Shown here piece after piece: positions 31,651 to 43,039 of a stretch of 64,000 nt of DNA. Origin of the DNA: an uncultured archaeon. GTDB lineage: Archaea > Asgardarchaeota > Heimdallarchaeia > Heimdallarchaeales > Kariarchaeaceae. Position numbers and translations under genes: made by a program. Below the pieces are notes generated by a model. It searched no databases and was not told the DNA's origin. It saw only the letters and a program-made list of their open reading frames with translations. The stretch covers positions 28,801 to 92,800 of the forward strand of contig CAZRLL010000001.1 of NCBI GenBank assembly GCA_964600735.1. The letters run 5' to 3'. How positions within the stretch are numbered: position 1 is the first letter of the stretch; each line of letters opens with the position of its first letter.

Positions 31651-32421
31651 TTACCTCCAGTCTAGTTTATTAAAGTCATTACGAAAATCACAAATATTCC
31701 ATAGTTCATTTATGTCAGCAGAACAACAATGGTCAGGACCATCAGCATGCTTATTAAGAGTAAAGTGTTTCTCTACCACTTTTGCTCCAAGAACAATAGC
31801 AGTTTTAGCGGTAGTAGTACCTACAGTATGATCGGAAAAACCATCAAACCTCTCTACGCTAAGAGGATTTACTCGTTTAAAAATAGAACTGTGAAAGTCG
31901 ATCTTACTTAAAGACGTAGGATATTCAGATACACAGTACATAAACGTACAGTTTCCACCCGTACCGGCTAACCTGCTCCACGTCCCGTAGATGGGCTCCA
32001 TCTTATGCATCTCCTCAATCATACCCATACTTACTAAGTATGGCTTCCCAGTTTTCTTAACTGCTTCAACTAACTCTTTGTCGTAAATACTACGACTTGC
32101 TATCTTATGTCTTTTCACTCCTAACTCTTCTAACCAATCAAGTCTCTTCAAATCAAAAGCAGAGGCCAAGAATTCTATACCAGCCTTTCTGCAGTGCTCG
32201 AACAATACTGCAACATCTCCAAAGTTCAACTCCGATCTTAAGATAGACTGCCAATTACTAAGACTAAAAGAGTCTGGATTTAACAATAGCTTAGGATCGT
32301 AAACTTGAAACTTTACTGCATCGGCACCACAGCCCTTCGCACTATCAATCATATTCCTAGCTAATTCCAGGTCCCCACCATGGTTAATGCCAATTTCTGC
32401 TATTATCTCACACTTTGCCAC
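31651..32421 (-). CDS. N-acetylneuraminate / pseudaminate synthase family (NeuB/PseI-like)
   Basis: MAKCEIIAEIGINHGGDLELARNMIDSAKGCGADAVKFQ is the canonical NeuB N-terminus. Confidence 0.8.
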   Translation of the reverse strand: MAKCEIIAEIGINHGGDLELARNMIDSAKGCGADAVKFQVYDPKLLLNPDSFSLSNWQSILRSELNFGDVAVLFEHCRKAGIEFLASAFDLKRLDWLEELGVKRHKIASRSIYDKELVEAVKKTGKPYLVSMGMIEEMHKMEPIYGTWSRLAGTGGNCTFMYCVSEYPTSLSKIDFHSSIFKRVNPLSVERFDGFSDHTVGTTTAKTAIVLGAKVVEKHFTLNKHADGPDHCCSADINELWNICDFRNDFNKLDWR

Positions 32422-32422
32422 T

Positions 32423-33097
32423 TTACTCTCCTATACCATCAAATATTACTGGCACTCTTTTCTGGAATTCTTTAAGTGTTGGTATCATTATCTCCTGCAT
32501 CTGTGGATGGGCTGCTTTGGCTGTACGGAGTTTGAAGATATGCCGCCACTCACGAAAGTTGGCCGTGACTACCAGTTCGGTCTTAAGGGAGTTTGGAAGA
32601 ACTGATCTGGCTTGCTGTGGGGACCAACCTAAATGGAGTAAATTCATATAAGTTTCTTCTGTACTATAAACAAGTTGAGCCCAGTCATAGTTTGCTTGAT
32701 CTTCTCCCCCAAGATCGTCTGGAGTGTCATAATCTCCCGGGTCAATATCAACCCAAGGTGGAATAACAAAAGTAACCCCTCCTTTATAATTACAGTACCT
32801 TGTACTCTCCTGGCTGAAGGCACAAAGCCTATGTCTGACCCACTCATGGCTGACCCCTCTATCAATAACAAACTTGACTGTAACCGCAGAGTGCTCAAGA
32901 ACAGATTCATGGCCTCTTTTTAAAATCATCTTAACAAAGTTAATAGCTGAAGTAGCGGTTATTTGATCTTCTGACTTGTAACAAGTTCTCCCAGCATGCT
33001 CTATTAAAGCAATAGGTGTATCACAAGGTAACATCTCATGTGCAGGATCGTACCCCATAATTGACAAAATTTCAAAACTCGGTTTTACTAGAAACAT
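32423..33097 (-). CDS. thyX: Flavin-dependent thymidylate synthase ThyX
   Basis: RHRLCAFSQESTRY matches the ThyX RHRxxxxxxxS motif. Confidence 0.85.
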   Translation of the reverse strand: MFLVKPSFEILSIMGYDPAHEMLPCDTPIALIEHAGRTCYKSEDQITATSAINFVKMILKRGHESVLEHSAVTVKFVIDRGVSHEWVRHRLCAFSQESTRYCNYKGGVTFVIPPWVDIDPGDYDTPDDLGGEDQANYDWAQLVYSTEETYMNLLHLGWSPQQARSVLPNSLKTELVVTANFREWRHIFKLRTAKAAHPQMQEIMIPTLKEFQKRVPVIFDGIGE

Positions 33098-33221
33098 TTT
33101 TGCTCTCCTTTCTTCTACTTACACGAACCTAGCAAAGCGTCATGTAAATCTGGATCTCCAACAAACAAAACAATTAAAACAACTATACTAAGAAAGACAA
33201 TTATAACAAGAGTATTGTCGC

Positions 33222-34049
33222 TCATTTGTACCTCTCTTGCTCATACCACCAGGACCTAACCCAACCTTGAAGGAATTTTGGTAACACATCAAACACTTCC
33301 ATCAAGTAGTAATATAACATTATCTTATAATACCATCTTCGCGACACTTCACTTTTCCACTTCCTAACAATCTTTCTAGACTCTTCCCTACGCTTATGAA
33401 CATCACCTATAACAGAGCCATAATGAATAGACAAAGTTCCACCAAGATTATCTGGTATGTAATGGAACTGGTACTTAGAAGCAACCTTCAACCACAAGTC
33501 CCAGTCGTGACTAATTTTAAACTTCCAGTCCATGGGACCAAACTCATTGTATACACTACTTCTTATTAACACAGAAGAAGTTGGGACGAAGTTCTTTCTA
33601 AGTAAAACTTCAAAAACTTCACCAGAAAAACAAGTTGACATCTTACTCCACAACTCAGACCTACCAACGTCAACATACTTTACTAGCATATTGTGGTAAG
33701 AAAAGACTTCTCCAGTTACTTCTAAGTACCAAACTTGCAATTTTAACTTCTCTGGCTCCCACAAGTCGTCGCTATCTAAAAATGCAAGATACTTCCCCTT
33801 AGCATTAGCACAACCTGTATTTCTAGGATGAACTGGGCACCCACTATTCCTTCCCATATCAATGTATCTAATTCTGCCATCACAGATTGTATGCGACGCT
33901 ACAACTTGTTTAGTGTTATCGGTAGACCCATCATCAACAACAATAATCTCTAAGTCCTTAAAAGTCTGCATTTGAACAGACTCTATTGCTATAACTAAAT
34001 CGTCTACCCTATTATACGTTGGTATTATAACAGATACTATTGGGTCCAT
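33222..34049 (-). CDS. Family 2 glycosyltransferase
   Basis: VSVIIPTYNRVDDL...EIIVVDDGSTDNT. Confidence 0.7.
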   Translation of the reverse strand: MDPIVSVIIPTYNRVDDLVIAIESVQMQTFKDLEIIVVDDGSTDNTKQVVASHTICDGRIRYIDMGRNSGCPVHPRNTGCANAKGKYLAFLDSDDLWEPEKLKLQVWYLEVTGEVFSYHNMLVKYVDVGRSELWSKMSTCFSGEVFEVLLRKNFVPTSSVLIRSSVYNEFGPMDWKFKISHDWDLWLKVASKYQFHYIPDNLGGTLSIHYGSVIGDVHKRREESRKIVRKWKSEVSRRWYYKIMLYYYLMEVFDVLPKFLQGWVRSWWYEQERYK

Positions 34050-35293
34050 AGATCGATATACCTCTCAATAATCTTGTCAGTAGAGTACTGATCAAGAAAA
34101 AGTTGTTTATTAGCAGCACCAAGACGCTTACGTTCACCAGCCTCCAGAAGTAGCCTAGAAACAAGAACCTTTAACCTTGAAACGTCTCCTGGATTAATGA
34201 GATAAGTAAAATCTGATTTGAACAGTTCCGGAATTCCACAGATATTAGACGCTACGATTGGCTTACCCATCATTAACCCTATTAAGATCACATTAGGAAA
34301 ATCTTCATCTCTAATACTTGGAACTAACAACACGTCACACGACTTAATTAAACTATAAGTGTCAAAGTCATCGTTTTCTTCTACCAGAACAAGACTAGTA
34401 GACGCTTCTGCTAACTTTTTTAAATTAGAACCTTCTGGGCCAGACCCACCAATAACAAGAACTCTTGGGTTATCACATTTTATTTTCCCGAAAGCCTCAA
34501 TCGCGTCCTTGAAGCCTTTCCTTTCTTCAAAGTTACCAACACAAAGAAACATAATGTCACTTTTCTTTATTGCTTTATCTAGTCCCCCTCGTAAAAGCCA
34601 AATAGAAGTACATTCCCTTGAAAGGACAGTATTTGGTATGACCTCCCAGTTTATAGTTACCCAGTTTTTGCCATTCGACGCGTTTTCTTTAACGATTATT
34701 GAAACCCACAAAAACTTACTTTGATCTCTACAATACTTAGATGCAGTAATAAATTTCGTTACACACTTCTTTACCAACCAAGTCATTGGTCTTTCCCACC
34801 ATCTATTTTTAGTTGTAGAGTTAATCATGTATGTTATCTTTGGGACTCCCATAAGGCGACCAGCAATAGCAGCACTATTACAGCTAGTAGCACCAGGATA
34901 CCCTCCGTTATTTATGTGCAACACATCGGGCCTCAATTGGCCTATCAGTTTGCACAAAACGATCCCCTCATAAAGCATAAAGAAATAACCCAGTGCCATA
35001 ACTGGTCTAAAATAAAGCCTGATTTTGTATAAGAAAGAGATAGGGAGGCGAAGTGGAAAAACGTCACGTTTACTACTATCTATTCTTTCGTTTGCTGACT
35101 TGCAAAAGATACCTGTCACCCATTCGTTAAAACCCTTCACATACTCTTTACTATATCGATAACTAAGCGTTAAGTCAAACTCGTTGTTTAGTACTTTGTT
35201 CTGTAAAAAGATACCTGGCATGTTTTCGCAACCAGCCCAACTACTATTATCGCTGTGTATATGTAGTTTCTTTTTCATTAACGAAAACCTCAT
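34037..35293 (-). CDS. GT-B glycosyltransferase (GT4-like)
   Basis: C-terminal FEERKGF...EDFPNV..GLMMGKPIVASNICGIPEL resembles the GT4 EX7E region. Confidence 0.6.
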   Translation of the reverse strand: MRFSLMKKKLHIHSDNSSWAGCENMPGIFLQNKVLNNEFDLTLSYRYSKEYVKGFNEWVTGIFCKSANERIDSSKRDVFPLRLPISFLYKIRLYFRPVMALGYFFMLYEGIVLCKLIGQLRPDVLHINNGGYPGATSCNSAAIAGRLMGVPKITYMINSTTKNRWWERPMTWLVKKCVTKFITASKYCRDQSKFLWVSIIVKENASNGKNWVTINWEVIPNTVLSRECTSIWLLRGGLDKAIKKSDIMFLCVGNFEERKGFKDAIEAFGKIKCDNPRVLVIGGSGPEGSNLKKLAEASTSLVLVEENDDFDTYSLIKSCDVLLVPSIRDEDFPNVILIGLMMGKPIVASNICGIPELFKSDFTYLINPGDVSRLKVLVSRLLLEAGERKRLGAANKQLFLDQYSTDKIIERYIDLWTQ

Positions 35294-35985
35294 TAAACTT
35301 CTTTATGACATCCTCTATAACTACTTGACCAACATTATCTTCAGCGATCACGTACTTTCCAGCCTCATAAGCTACCAATTCAGACTTAAGCCACTCTCTA
35401 AACTGTTCTACTTTCTTTTTCATTTTCTTCCCACGAAGAGCTTATCGAACTCTTTCTTATCATATTTACTTCCACCAGGTAAGTAGCCTGCCCAAGCGTC
35501 AGTTATTTCAATCCATAACTGCATAAGAAGAGCAAGGCCAACACAGGCAAAGATTAAGTAAAGAAAGAAAAAAGGATCAAATAACGTTAATTCTATAAAT
35601 ACTAGTACTCCTAAAGTTATAAACAAGTACTTTTTCATTCTACCCTCTGAAAGAATATTGATTTATCAAGATGCCTAAAGAACTGCATATCATTTAGGTC
35701 TGGGTAACGCCAAGAAAAAACTACCTGAGCAAGAAACACCCAGCCAAAGAAAACAACAAGCGCGTAAAAGTACCATGGCAAACATTTAAGTTTCATCTTC
35801 ACCTACCTTTAACGCAGCTATCATTTGAGAGGCATCCCATCTAGTAAATGGATTTGGCCATTTACCATCTCTGTTTGTAGGAGTGCCTCTATTTTTACAC
35901 AACTCTACTATTATATCCTTTTGGTCATCTGTAGCCGGTTCGTCCATAAACTCAAAACCTTTAACTGTAAACCCTTCGTGTTCCA

Positions 35986-37899
35986 TTATCTCCACCCCAC
36001 TTTGCTAAAATGGTCACACATACTAGTAACTACCCAACAACCATGAGCACAATAACATTTGTCCCTTTTTATATACTTTAACTCTTGCTTCATAGATGAC
36101 CCATTTAGAGCTTTAGTAACGTCGTAGTTGTAATACGCTAAGTCAGTCACTGTATCTCTCATCTCACACGCTACCAACTTACCGTCCGGGTAAATAGTAA
36201 ATGCCTTTTTACCAGCCAAACAAGGAAAGTCCCAAGGTTTACCTATAGTAGAATTAAGATACTGGACGTTAAATCTTCTCTTAGTTAGTAAATAATAAGA
36301 AAAGTAGTTCTTCTTTATAACTTCTAGAAGCCCTTTATACATTCCATCAAGGGAAACGTGGTACTTAAAACCTCTAAAAGACCTTTCAACCTCAAAGTTG
36401 TGATAATCTAGACTAGGGAAAGCGTACGCCATCTCTTTAGCGAAGTCAACTAACTTGTCCATAGTTCCTGGTGTTATCAAAGTATTGATACATACGTTTA
36501 AACCTTTATCTGTAGGTTTAAATGACAATAAAACCCTTAAAGTATCCATTGCCCTACTATATGACTTGTCATTCCCCCTCATTTCATTATGCGTTTTCTC
36601 GAATCCATCTAAAGATACAGATACAGTAATAGTTTTATGCTTAGCGACTAAAATCTTAGCCATCATGCCCTTTACTGCTAAAGGTCGCATACCGTTAGTA
36701 TTTATCCAAACATTGCTCTTTTCAGAAAACATATTAATAGCGTCTTGTATTCTATCATATAGGAAAGGTTCGCCACCCGTTAGTAGTACGTTGTTTGGAG
36801 TAACACTACGATGAATAGATCTTACGTTGACAATATCCATATCACCATACGTATGCAACTTACCCTTGTAGAAACAAGCCTTACATGACAAATTGCATTT
36901 GTCAGTAAGGAACAGTATCATTAAGTCTACACTACTTTCGTTTTTCCTAGAAGGTAGCCAGTCCTCGTAGTAGTGGTAGAAGTTCTTTGCTCTTACTATA
37001 AGGTGAGCTTTTACTTTTCCAGGGAGAAGTAAATGCCGCTTTATTTTTTGGCGTAACGTAGGATTAGCATTAAATTCTTTATAAGATAAAGATTGCCCCC
37101 TTCCCTTCACAAAACTAAAACATCTATCCCTTGCTTGACCCAGAGCAACGTCTGCGCTCCAATCACCACCAGGAGTAAGTAGTGCTTTAGCAGTGTAGCC
37201 TTCTTTATGAATACGATAGTTAGTAAGTCGATCCTTCAACATATAAAAAACGTAGTAGTACGAACATTTAAGTAAGAATACCCAATCTTCATGCTGATAT
37301 AACAAGTCTTCATCAAACCCACCAACAGCTTCAACTACCTCTCTTTTAACCATGATAGAAGATGAACAAATAGGATCACCATCAGACAAGATACCAAAGT
37401 GAGTACGCTTACGTAACTGTGCTAACAACTTTTCATTCCAAAACGAATCCCAGTAGCCTTTTGCCGGACTAGTTCCAAAAATTCCTCTACCAGGTTTCCC
37501 TACCCATGTCGCAGTTTCTTGGCTAATTATAGTATTAACTCCAGTATGTACTACGCCAGCGTCTTGCTCTTCCATCGCCAGTACTTGTTTCTCTAGCTTA
37601 GTGGGTTCCCAGTAGTCGTCTGCATCTAGATAGGCTATATAGTCGCCAGTACTTATTCTAAAACCCAAGTTTCTACTCTTACTAACACCTAAGTTTTCAA
37701 AATTCTCTATTACTCGTAACTTCTCTTTTAAACTATCTTCATATCTACCTACTACTACCAAACCACCATCAGACGAAAAGTCGTCTACTACAATAATCTC
37801 CCAGTTAGTATAAGTCTGAGATAATACACTGTCTATTGCTTGACCTATGTACCTCTCGTAGTTGTAGAGTGGAATTATAACAGATACTTTACTCAACAT
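35986..37899 (-). CDS. Fusion of a GT2 glycosyltransferase (N-terminus) and a radical SAM/SPASM-like domain (C-terminus)
   Basis: N-terminus VSVIIPLYNYERYIGQAIDSVLSQTY...EIIVVDDFSSDGG. C-half has CNLSCKAC (CxxxCxxC) and further Cys clusters. Confidence 0.6.
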   Translation of the reverse strand: MLSKVSVIIPLYNYERYIGQAIDSVLSQTYTNWEIIVVDDFSSDGGLVVVGRYEDSLKEKLRVIENFENLGVSKSRNLGFRISTGDYIAYLDADDYWEPTKLEKQVLAMEEQDAGVVHTGVNTIISQETATWVGKPGRGIFGTSPAKGYWDSFWNEKLLAQLRKRTHFGILSDGDPICSSSIMVKREVVEAVGGFDEDLLYQHEDWVFLLKCSYYYVFYMLKDRLTNYRIHKEGYTAKALLTPGGDWSADVALGQARDRCFSFVKGRGQSLSYKEFNANPTLRQKIKRHLLLPGKVKAHLIVRAKNFYHYYEDWLPSRKNESSVDLMILFLTDKCNLSCKACFYKGKLHTYGDMDIVNVRSIHRSVTPNNVLLTGGEPFLYDRIQDAINMFSEKSNVWINTNGMRPLAVKGMMAKILVAKHKTITVSVSLDGFEKTHNEMRGNDKSYSRAMDTLRVLLSFKPTDKGLNVCINTLITPGTMDKLVDFAKEMAYAFPSLDYHNFEVERSFRGFKYHVSLDGMYKGLLEVIKKNYFSYYLLTKRRFNVQYLNSTIGKPWDFPCLAGKKAFTIYPDGKLVACEMRDTVTDLAYYNYDVTKALNGSSMKQELKYIKRDKCYCAHGCWVVTSMCDHFSKVGWR

Positions 37900-38363
37900 C
37901 CCATATTACCTCGTCGCTAGGAGCTATAAACTTTATTCCTAATGGAAGTTCTACGCCATCCGGACTACAACCATTCTCCGTAGCTATAAACTTTTTCCAC
38001 GACTCTAAAGCAGTCCCAAAACTCTCACTGTTTACATACATTGGCCTGTCATCGTCTTGCACATAAAACAAAGGCATTAGCTTTCTCCTTTCTTTATTAC
38101 CATTGACACATAAACACTACCATCATTATAGCAGCAATACAAAATACAACGTTCATTTGATTACCGTTATAGGATTCTTACGATTCCGTTCTCCTTTTCC
38201 TTTCTAAGTGGTTTAAATCTTAGAAACGCTACGCCATCAATACATACCCAAACTCTACCGTCTTTTGCTACTTGAACACCTAAATCACCATCCATAGAAG
38301 GAAGACCATCTGGCGTAGATTCTATTGAGATATGGCCATACTGATGAGTTTCTTTAAATTCTT

Positions 38364-39377
38364 TCATCTCAAGTACTCCTCGTCCTTGTAAATATTCGCA
38401 TCCAAATCGACATAAGGCCACCAGTCTTTGTAGTTCTTTTTATACCACTCTATAGTAAGATGTAATCTATCCTTAAAGTTAGACCTTAAAAACTGACTCT
38501 TCCAAAGAGAATTACACTTTAAGGCGTAGCGACTGTCGTTGCCAGGACGATTTGGTACTTTTTTTACGTACTCCTCACCAATCCTGGCTTGGTTGCAAAC
38601 TACTTCCTTTAGTACAGCACTCATTATTTCTCTATTGTTACGTCTTACACCGCTACCTACATTGAAAGTATTTCCATCAAAACCCTTATGCATAATTATA
38701 TCTATAGCACGACAACAATCCTCAACGTAGACGTATTCTCTAACTTCATCTCCATCTCCATGCAAGATCATTCTTTTATTCTCAAGAAGTCTTGTTATAC
38801 ACATTGGAATAAGCTTCTCTGGGTATTGATTAGGCCCATAGTTGTTACATGGTCTAACAATCAAAACTGGAAAGTTGTACGTTTTAAAGTACGAAAGTAA
38901 AAGTATGTCTGCAGACGCTTTACTAGCAGAATAGGGAGACGTCGGATTAAGTCTAGCAACAGTATCAGCCTCAAAACCAACAGGTAAGGAACCATAAACC
39001 TCATCAGTTGATATCTGAACAAACCTTCTCACTTTTGCTTTTCTAGCCGCCTGTACCAGATTAATAAGCCCGACTATATCAGTTTGTATAAAGTCAACTG
39101 GATTGTGTATACTACGATCAACGTGAGTTTCAGCAGCAAAGTTCACAACCACTTCTATCTCATGGTCCTTTAAAATTGACCTAATATAGGTATCTCCTAT
39201 ATCAAAAGTGTAAGTCGTAAAGTTGTTGTAATCCTGTGGAGGAGGTATATTTTTAATGTTGCCAGCGTAGGTAAGCTTATCCACGTTAACGATATTGTAG
39301 TCTGGGTATTTACGAAGTAGTCTTTTAATAAAATGGCTACCTATGAAACCACAACCCCCAGTAACTAATATATTCAT
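38364..39377 (-). CDS. dTDP-glucose 4,6-dehydratase-like SDR (RfbB family)
   Basis: MNILVTGGCGFIGSHF Rossmann motif and overall RfbB-like layout. Confidence 0.75.
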   Translation of the reverse strand: MNILVTGGCGFIGSHFIKRLLRKYPDYNIVNVDKLTYAGNIKNIPPPQDYNNFTTYTFDIGDTYIRSILKDHEIEVVVNFAAETHVDRSIHNPVDFIQTDIVGLINLVQAARKAKVRRFVQISTDEVYGSLPVGFEADTVARLNPTSPYSASKASADILLLSYFKTYNFPVLIVRPCNNYGPNQYPEKLIPMCITRLLENKRMILHGDGDEVREYVYVEDCCRAIDIIMHKGFDGNTFNVGSGVRRNNREIMSAVLKEVVCNQARIGEEYVKKVPNRPGNDSRYALKCNSLWKSQFLRSNFKDRLHLTIEWYKKNYKDWWPYVDLDANIYKDEEYLR

Positions 39378-39547
39378 ACCCTTACTCCCATGTTCGCGAG
39401 CCTTTTGTACTGTAAGTACTTTGCCCTTCTACCATCTGGGTGGTTCATTAACGTACCCTTACTAGTTATCACATACCTACGCCGGGCATGAAACGAGAAG
39501 TCGCCATAGACTAACTTCCTAATTTTCTTTGCTTTACTTCCTCTCAT
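39374..39547 (-). CDS. Small basic protein (MRGSKAKKIRK...)
   Basis: Strong SD GGAGGAGAAATG. Its stop overlaps the RfbB-like start (ATGA). Confidence 0.3.
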   Translation of the reverse strand: MRGSKAKKIRKLVYGDFSFHARRRYVITSKGTLMNHPDGRRAKYLQYKRLANMGVRV

Positions 39548-39548
39548 T

Positions 39549-40145
39549 TCTCCTCCCCCTTTACGACCTATATGAAGTTGTCCTAGAAGACATACCAGCA
39601 TAACCTTCAGAAACACCTTTCCCGGTATGGGCGAAGAGCTGAGTATCTTTTTGCTTTATTCCTAGATCTAGACCTTCCTGAATAGCTCCTTGACTAGCCG
39701 ACAAAAATATAAACTCCCACTTGTACTCATCTCTCTGCCGGTTAATAAGCTCGTTAACTTTCTTTTTGTTATACTCCCTACTGGCATTTTACATCCCATC
39801 GGTAAGTATAAATACGATAACTTTCTCTGGACGCTGGCCCTCGTCGGTATTTGCAAGCCGTTCACCAACTGTAGTAATAGTCCTACCAATAGCATCGAGC
39901 AACGCAGTGGTACCTCTCGGTATATAAGATTGGCTATTGTATTCTTTGACATCTGCAATAGGTACACCTTTGTAGTCAACCTTATATTCGTGATCAAAAA
40001 GCACTATAGTTACGTTAGCCTCCCCAGGTACCTCTTTCTGTTCTCTAATAAAAGTATTCAACCCACCAATAGCATCTGAGGCTATAACGTCCATACTTCC
40101 CGATCTGTCGATAATACCTACTAACTCATTCAATCCCTTTTTCAT
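39549..40145 (-). pseudogene. von Willebrand factor A (vWA) domain protein interrupted by an in-frame TAA (minus strand, 39789..39791). Both halves are in the same frame.
   Basis: N-part has DRSGSMD (MIDAS DxSxS) and ILTDG. After the TAA the same frame continues with KWEFIFLSASQGAIQEG, typical of a vWA C-terminus. Confidence 0.5.
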
Positions 40146-41378
40146 CTTTTTCCTCCTTTTTTAATTCTCTAGTCCATGAAACACGTATCATTCTATCTTC
40201 AATTATTATCCCTAAATCTTTAATTTTATTTGGAGCAAGCATTATAAAGGCCTCATTCCCTTTATTGTGTCCTGTCCCTTGGCAACTACTGCAAGTAGTT
40301 AAACCAACTCTGTTTAATTCACTAATGAGAAGTTTTATATCCTCATCTATTTCATCTACCATCTTTACCTCCCTTTTTTATTTCGTCACTACATCTGTTT
40401 AACGTTGACCTTTTTACCTTATGGCATGTATTTACCCATTCACCTTCCACAAGGCACACTACTAATCTATTAGGAGAGGGATGACTATAAACTTGAACGA
40501 CCTCACCAGCTTCTAAATCATGTGAGCAACAAAGCGATTTAATAGTCTCTTTCACTCTAAATGTTCTACCTACACAACTCACTTCTTAATCTCCTTTATA
40601 TAAACCGATTTCCTTTGCTTGTTCTTCGGTAAAAACAATTTCTTTGTCGCTCTCCATAAGACTTTCGTTTACGCACCATTCATTAAATCCGAACAACTCA
40701 CAAGTAGCTGCCCAAAGACCTTTGTCCATAAGTTCACTTGGAGTACTTACTATCTTCATTTTCGTCCCCTTAACTCCAACAGCAAACAAAACACTAAAAT
40801 GTTTTCTACGATAATAGCTTCTTGTGTTTTACCTGCTAAGTCTAAGAATAAAGAAAAGGATACAAGAGCTACGTACCATATAAAAGAACTCTTTTTCATG
40901 ATTCATCATTTATGTATTTAGCATACATGATAGCTTGAGATTTAGCTTCAATAATATGCTCAAGTGTAGAAGCAGCCGACTTTAAAGCAACCCTCTTTTC
41001 GCTATCTGAAAAAGTAGGATAACGGTCGTCAAGATCAGATAAGATTTTTCCAACCGCCTTTACTATTTCCATTTTATCCATAGAACTACCTCTCTAATTA
41101 TATGAGAGAGACTACAAATTTTTTTTGGATTTCTACTAAAAGTCTCGCAACCTAAAAAGAAGGACAGTCGCTTCGAATGTTGTACCTTTAGTTTGATGAA
41201 TCTTTACAATCTTGTCTTGAGATTGTAGTAGAGTACTAAGACCTTGACTTGCAAGCTTCAAATTAATAGCTTTAACTTCGTAAATCACTCTCTCATAAAT
41301 CTCAACACTTGGCTTTTGTTCTGGCTCTTCGTCTTCTATGGCTTGTTTAGACCTTCTTACTTCATTCATGGTTTCCTC

Positions 41379-42107
41379 CTAGAACATGTTATTGTAAAGC
41401 AAAGTATTACGCTTTAATGGGTAGTAGAAAGTAAAAGATTCACTCCACCTCAACCCGTCTGCTCTCCCAGTTTCGCCTTCAAAACTATTCATTCTTTGAA
41501 TCAACTTAGCTTTAGTCATTCCTTGAGACTTAAAACATAACATAGTTTCTATCTTCTTCACAACCGTTTTCTTCTCTAAGTTAATTAGTAGGTCTGGAGC
41601 TTGAGGGATTAGTCCTATCCTAACGGTTTCTGGACGGAATTGAACTCCAAAAAAGTAAACCATGGGAACCCAATGTTTTTCACCTTCAAGTTTTTTTGCC
41701 GCTTTCAACGCCCTACAAACACTACGGCCACATGCAGCATGATCCCAATGTGAGTATTCGTTTGGATGATGAGTTATTACTATACTAGGTTTTATGTTCC
41801 GAATATATCTAACTAACTGGTCAATACACGAGCTATAAGATTCCTTAAGAGGTTCATCTGGGTAACTGAAAACCGTACTCTTACCGCAAGCTCCAACAAG
41901 ACAACTAGCCTGACTGAATTCCCTACGCTTAATGACGGCTTTAGAAACATCACCAACATCAAAACTTTCATCAAAATGTGATCTAGTTCCATCTGTAATA
42001 GACAAGATAGTCGTAGATTGCTTAAGGTTGTTGAATTGGTAGATAGTCCCACCAGCCAAGTCAAAAGGGTCTGCTGGATGTGCACCTATTACTAGTAGTT
42101 TACTCAT
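41379..42107 (-). CDS. PIG-L/LmbE-family N-acetylglucosaminyl deacetylase-like protein
   Basis: LLVIGAHPADPFD and HWDHAA motifs. The start was moved to MSKLLV with RBS AGGAGA. Confidence 0.5.
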   Translation of the reverse strand: MSKLLVIGAHPADPFDLAGGTIYQFNNLKQSTTILSITDGTRSHFDESFDVGDVSKAVIKRREFSQASCLVGACGKSTVFSYPDEPLKESYSSCIDQLVRYIRNIKPSIVITHHPNEYSHWDHAACGRSVCRALKAAKKLEGEKHWVPMVYFFGVQFRPETVRIGLIPQAPDLLINLEKKTVVKKIETMLCFKSQGMTKAKLIQRMNSFEGETGRADGLRWSESFTFYYPLKRNTLLYNNMF

Positions 42108-42250
42108 CTCAACTAATCTCCTGTATAAGTTTGATGACTTTAGGCCCGCACTTTTTTGCGACATAATACAATATAAAGAAAGCACCGACAAACTCAAGGA
42201 AATCGAGAACTTTATACAATACGACTCCCCACAATCCCATAACTCCAAAA

Positions 42251-42784
42251 TTACTTAGAACTGCTGCTAATTCTTCCATTTTTTACCCTCCATTCTTTTG
42301 GTTGAAGTCCTTTCTTCAGAAATAGCGGATGACTAGGATGACCGTCTTTAGTAAAAACTAAATAGTGAAGTCTCGGAATTATATTTCTCACCTCCGTATC
42401 TCTCCCCTTGAAGCCTCCGTTACAACCCCATGCAGCCACAACAACTCCGGCCCTTATTGCAAGGAATTTAATCCAGGAATCATTTTTAGGCCCGATTGGA
42501 TCTTTGGCTGCTTTCATTTTTCTAGGTTTAGTAGCACGAAAGGCAAACAGGTTAGCTATACACACCCCACCATAACCCCATTTTTTAGCATAACCGACAC
42601 ACCTTCTAACAGTATTATCATCGCTCTCTTCATCAGCTGTAGACGGATTTAAACAGATAAACATCGCGTATCCTTTGTTGCTATCCCACAACCGCCAAAG
42701 AGTATAACGGTACTCTCTATCTCTTGAAAAAATAGCATGCTTCTTTATAAGCACATTACCCATCTTTTTTCTTCTCCTCATCAA
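42251..42784 (-). CDS. DUF1643-family protein
   Basis: REYRYTLWRLWD...MFICLNPSTADEESDD..RRCVGYAKKWGYGG matches the DUF1643 consensus as I remember it. Confidence 0.55.
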   Translation of the reverse strand: MMRRRKKMGNVLIKKHAIFSRDREYRYTLWRLWDSNKGYAMFICLNPSTADEESDDNTVRRCVGYAKKWGYGGVCIANLFAFRATKPRKMKAAKDPIGPKNDSWIKFLAIRAGVVVAAWGCNGGFKGRDTEVRNIIPRLHYLVFTKDGHPSHPLFLKKGLQPKEWRVKNGRISSSSK

Positions 42785-43039
42785 ACTGTGCCAGTTTGTT
42801 TAACATTTGTTGTTTAAATACACTATCTAACACATTATGAAGTCCCCTAGTTGCACCACTTAAGTCAAAAAGGCGATAACAGTTCACAAAAATTGTAAGA
42901 ATCATAATGAACTCCACGTCCTGTTCTTTTAACTTTTCGATTACGTAGGAGAACTGCTTATTAACTACTGCAAGTTTAGTTTCATCAAACTTTTCTGAAG
43001 ATAAATGTTTTAAGTTGTTAGCTAACTCATTCATGAACC

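Noticed and set aside
39668-39997. 109-aa ORF overlapping the vWA gene in another frame
   Set aside because: It is an out-of-frame overlap of a well-supported domain ORF with a non-protein-like composition.
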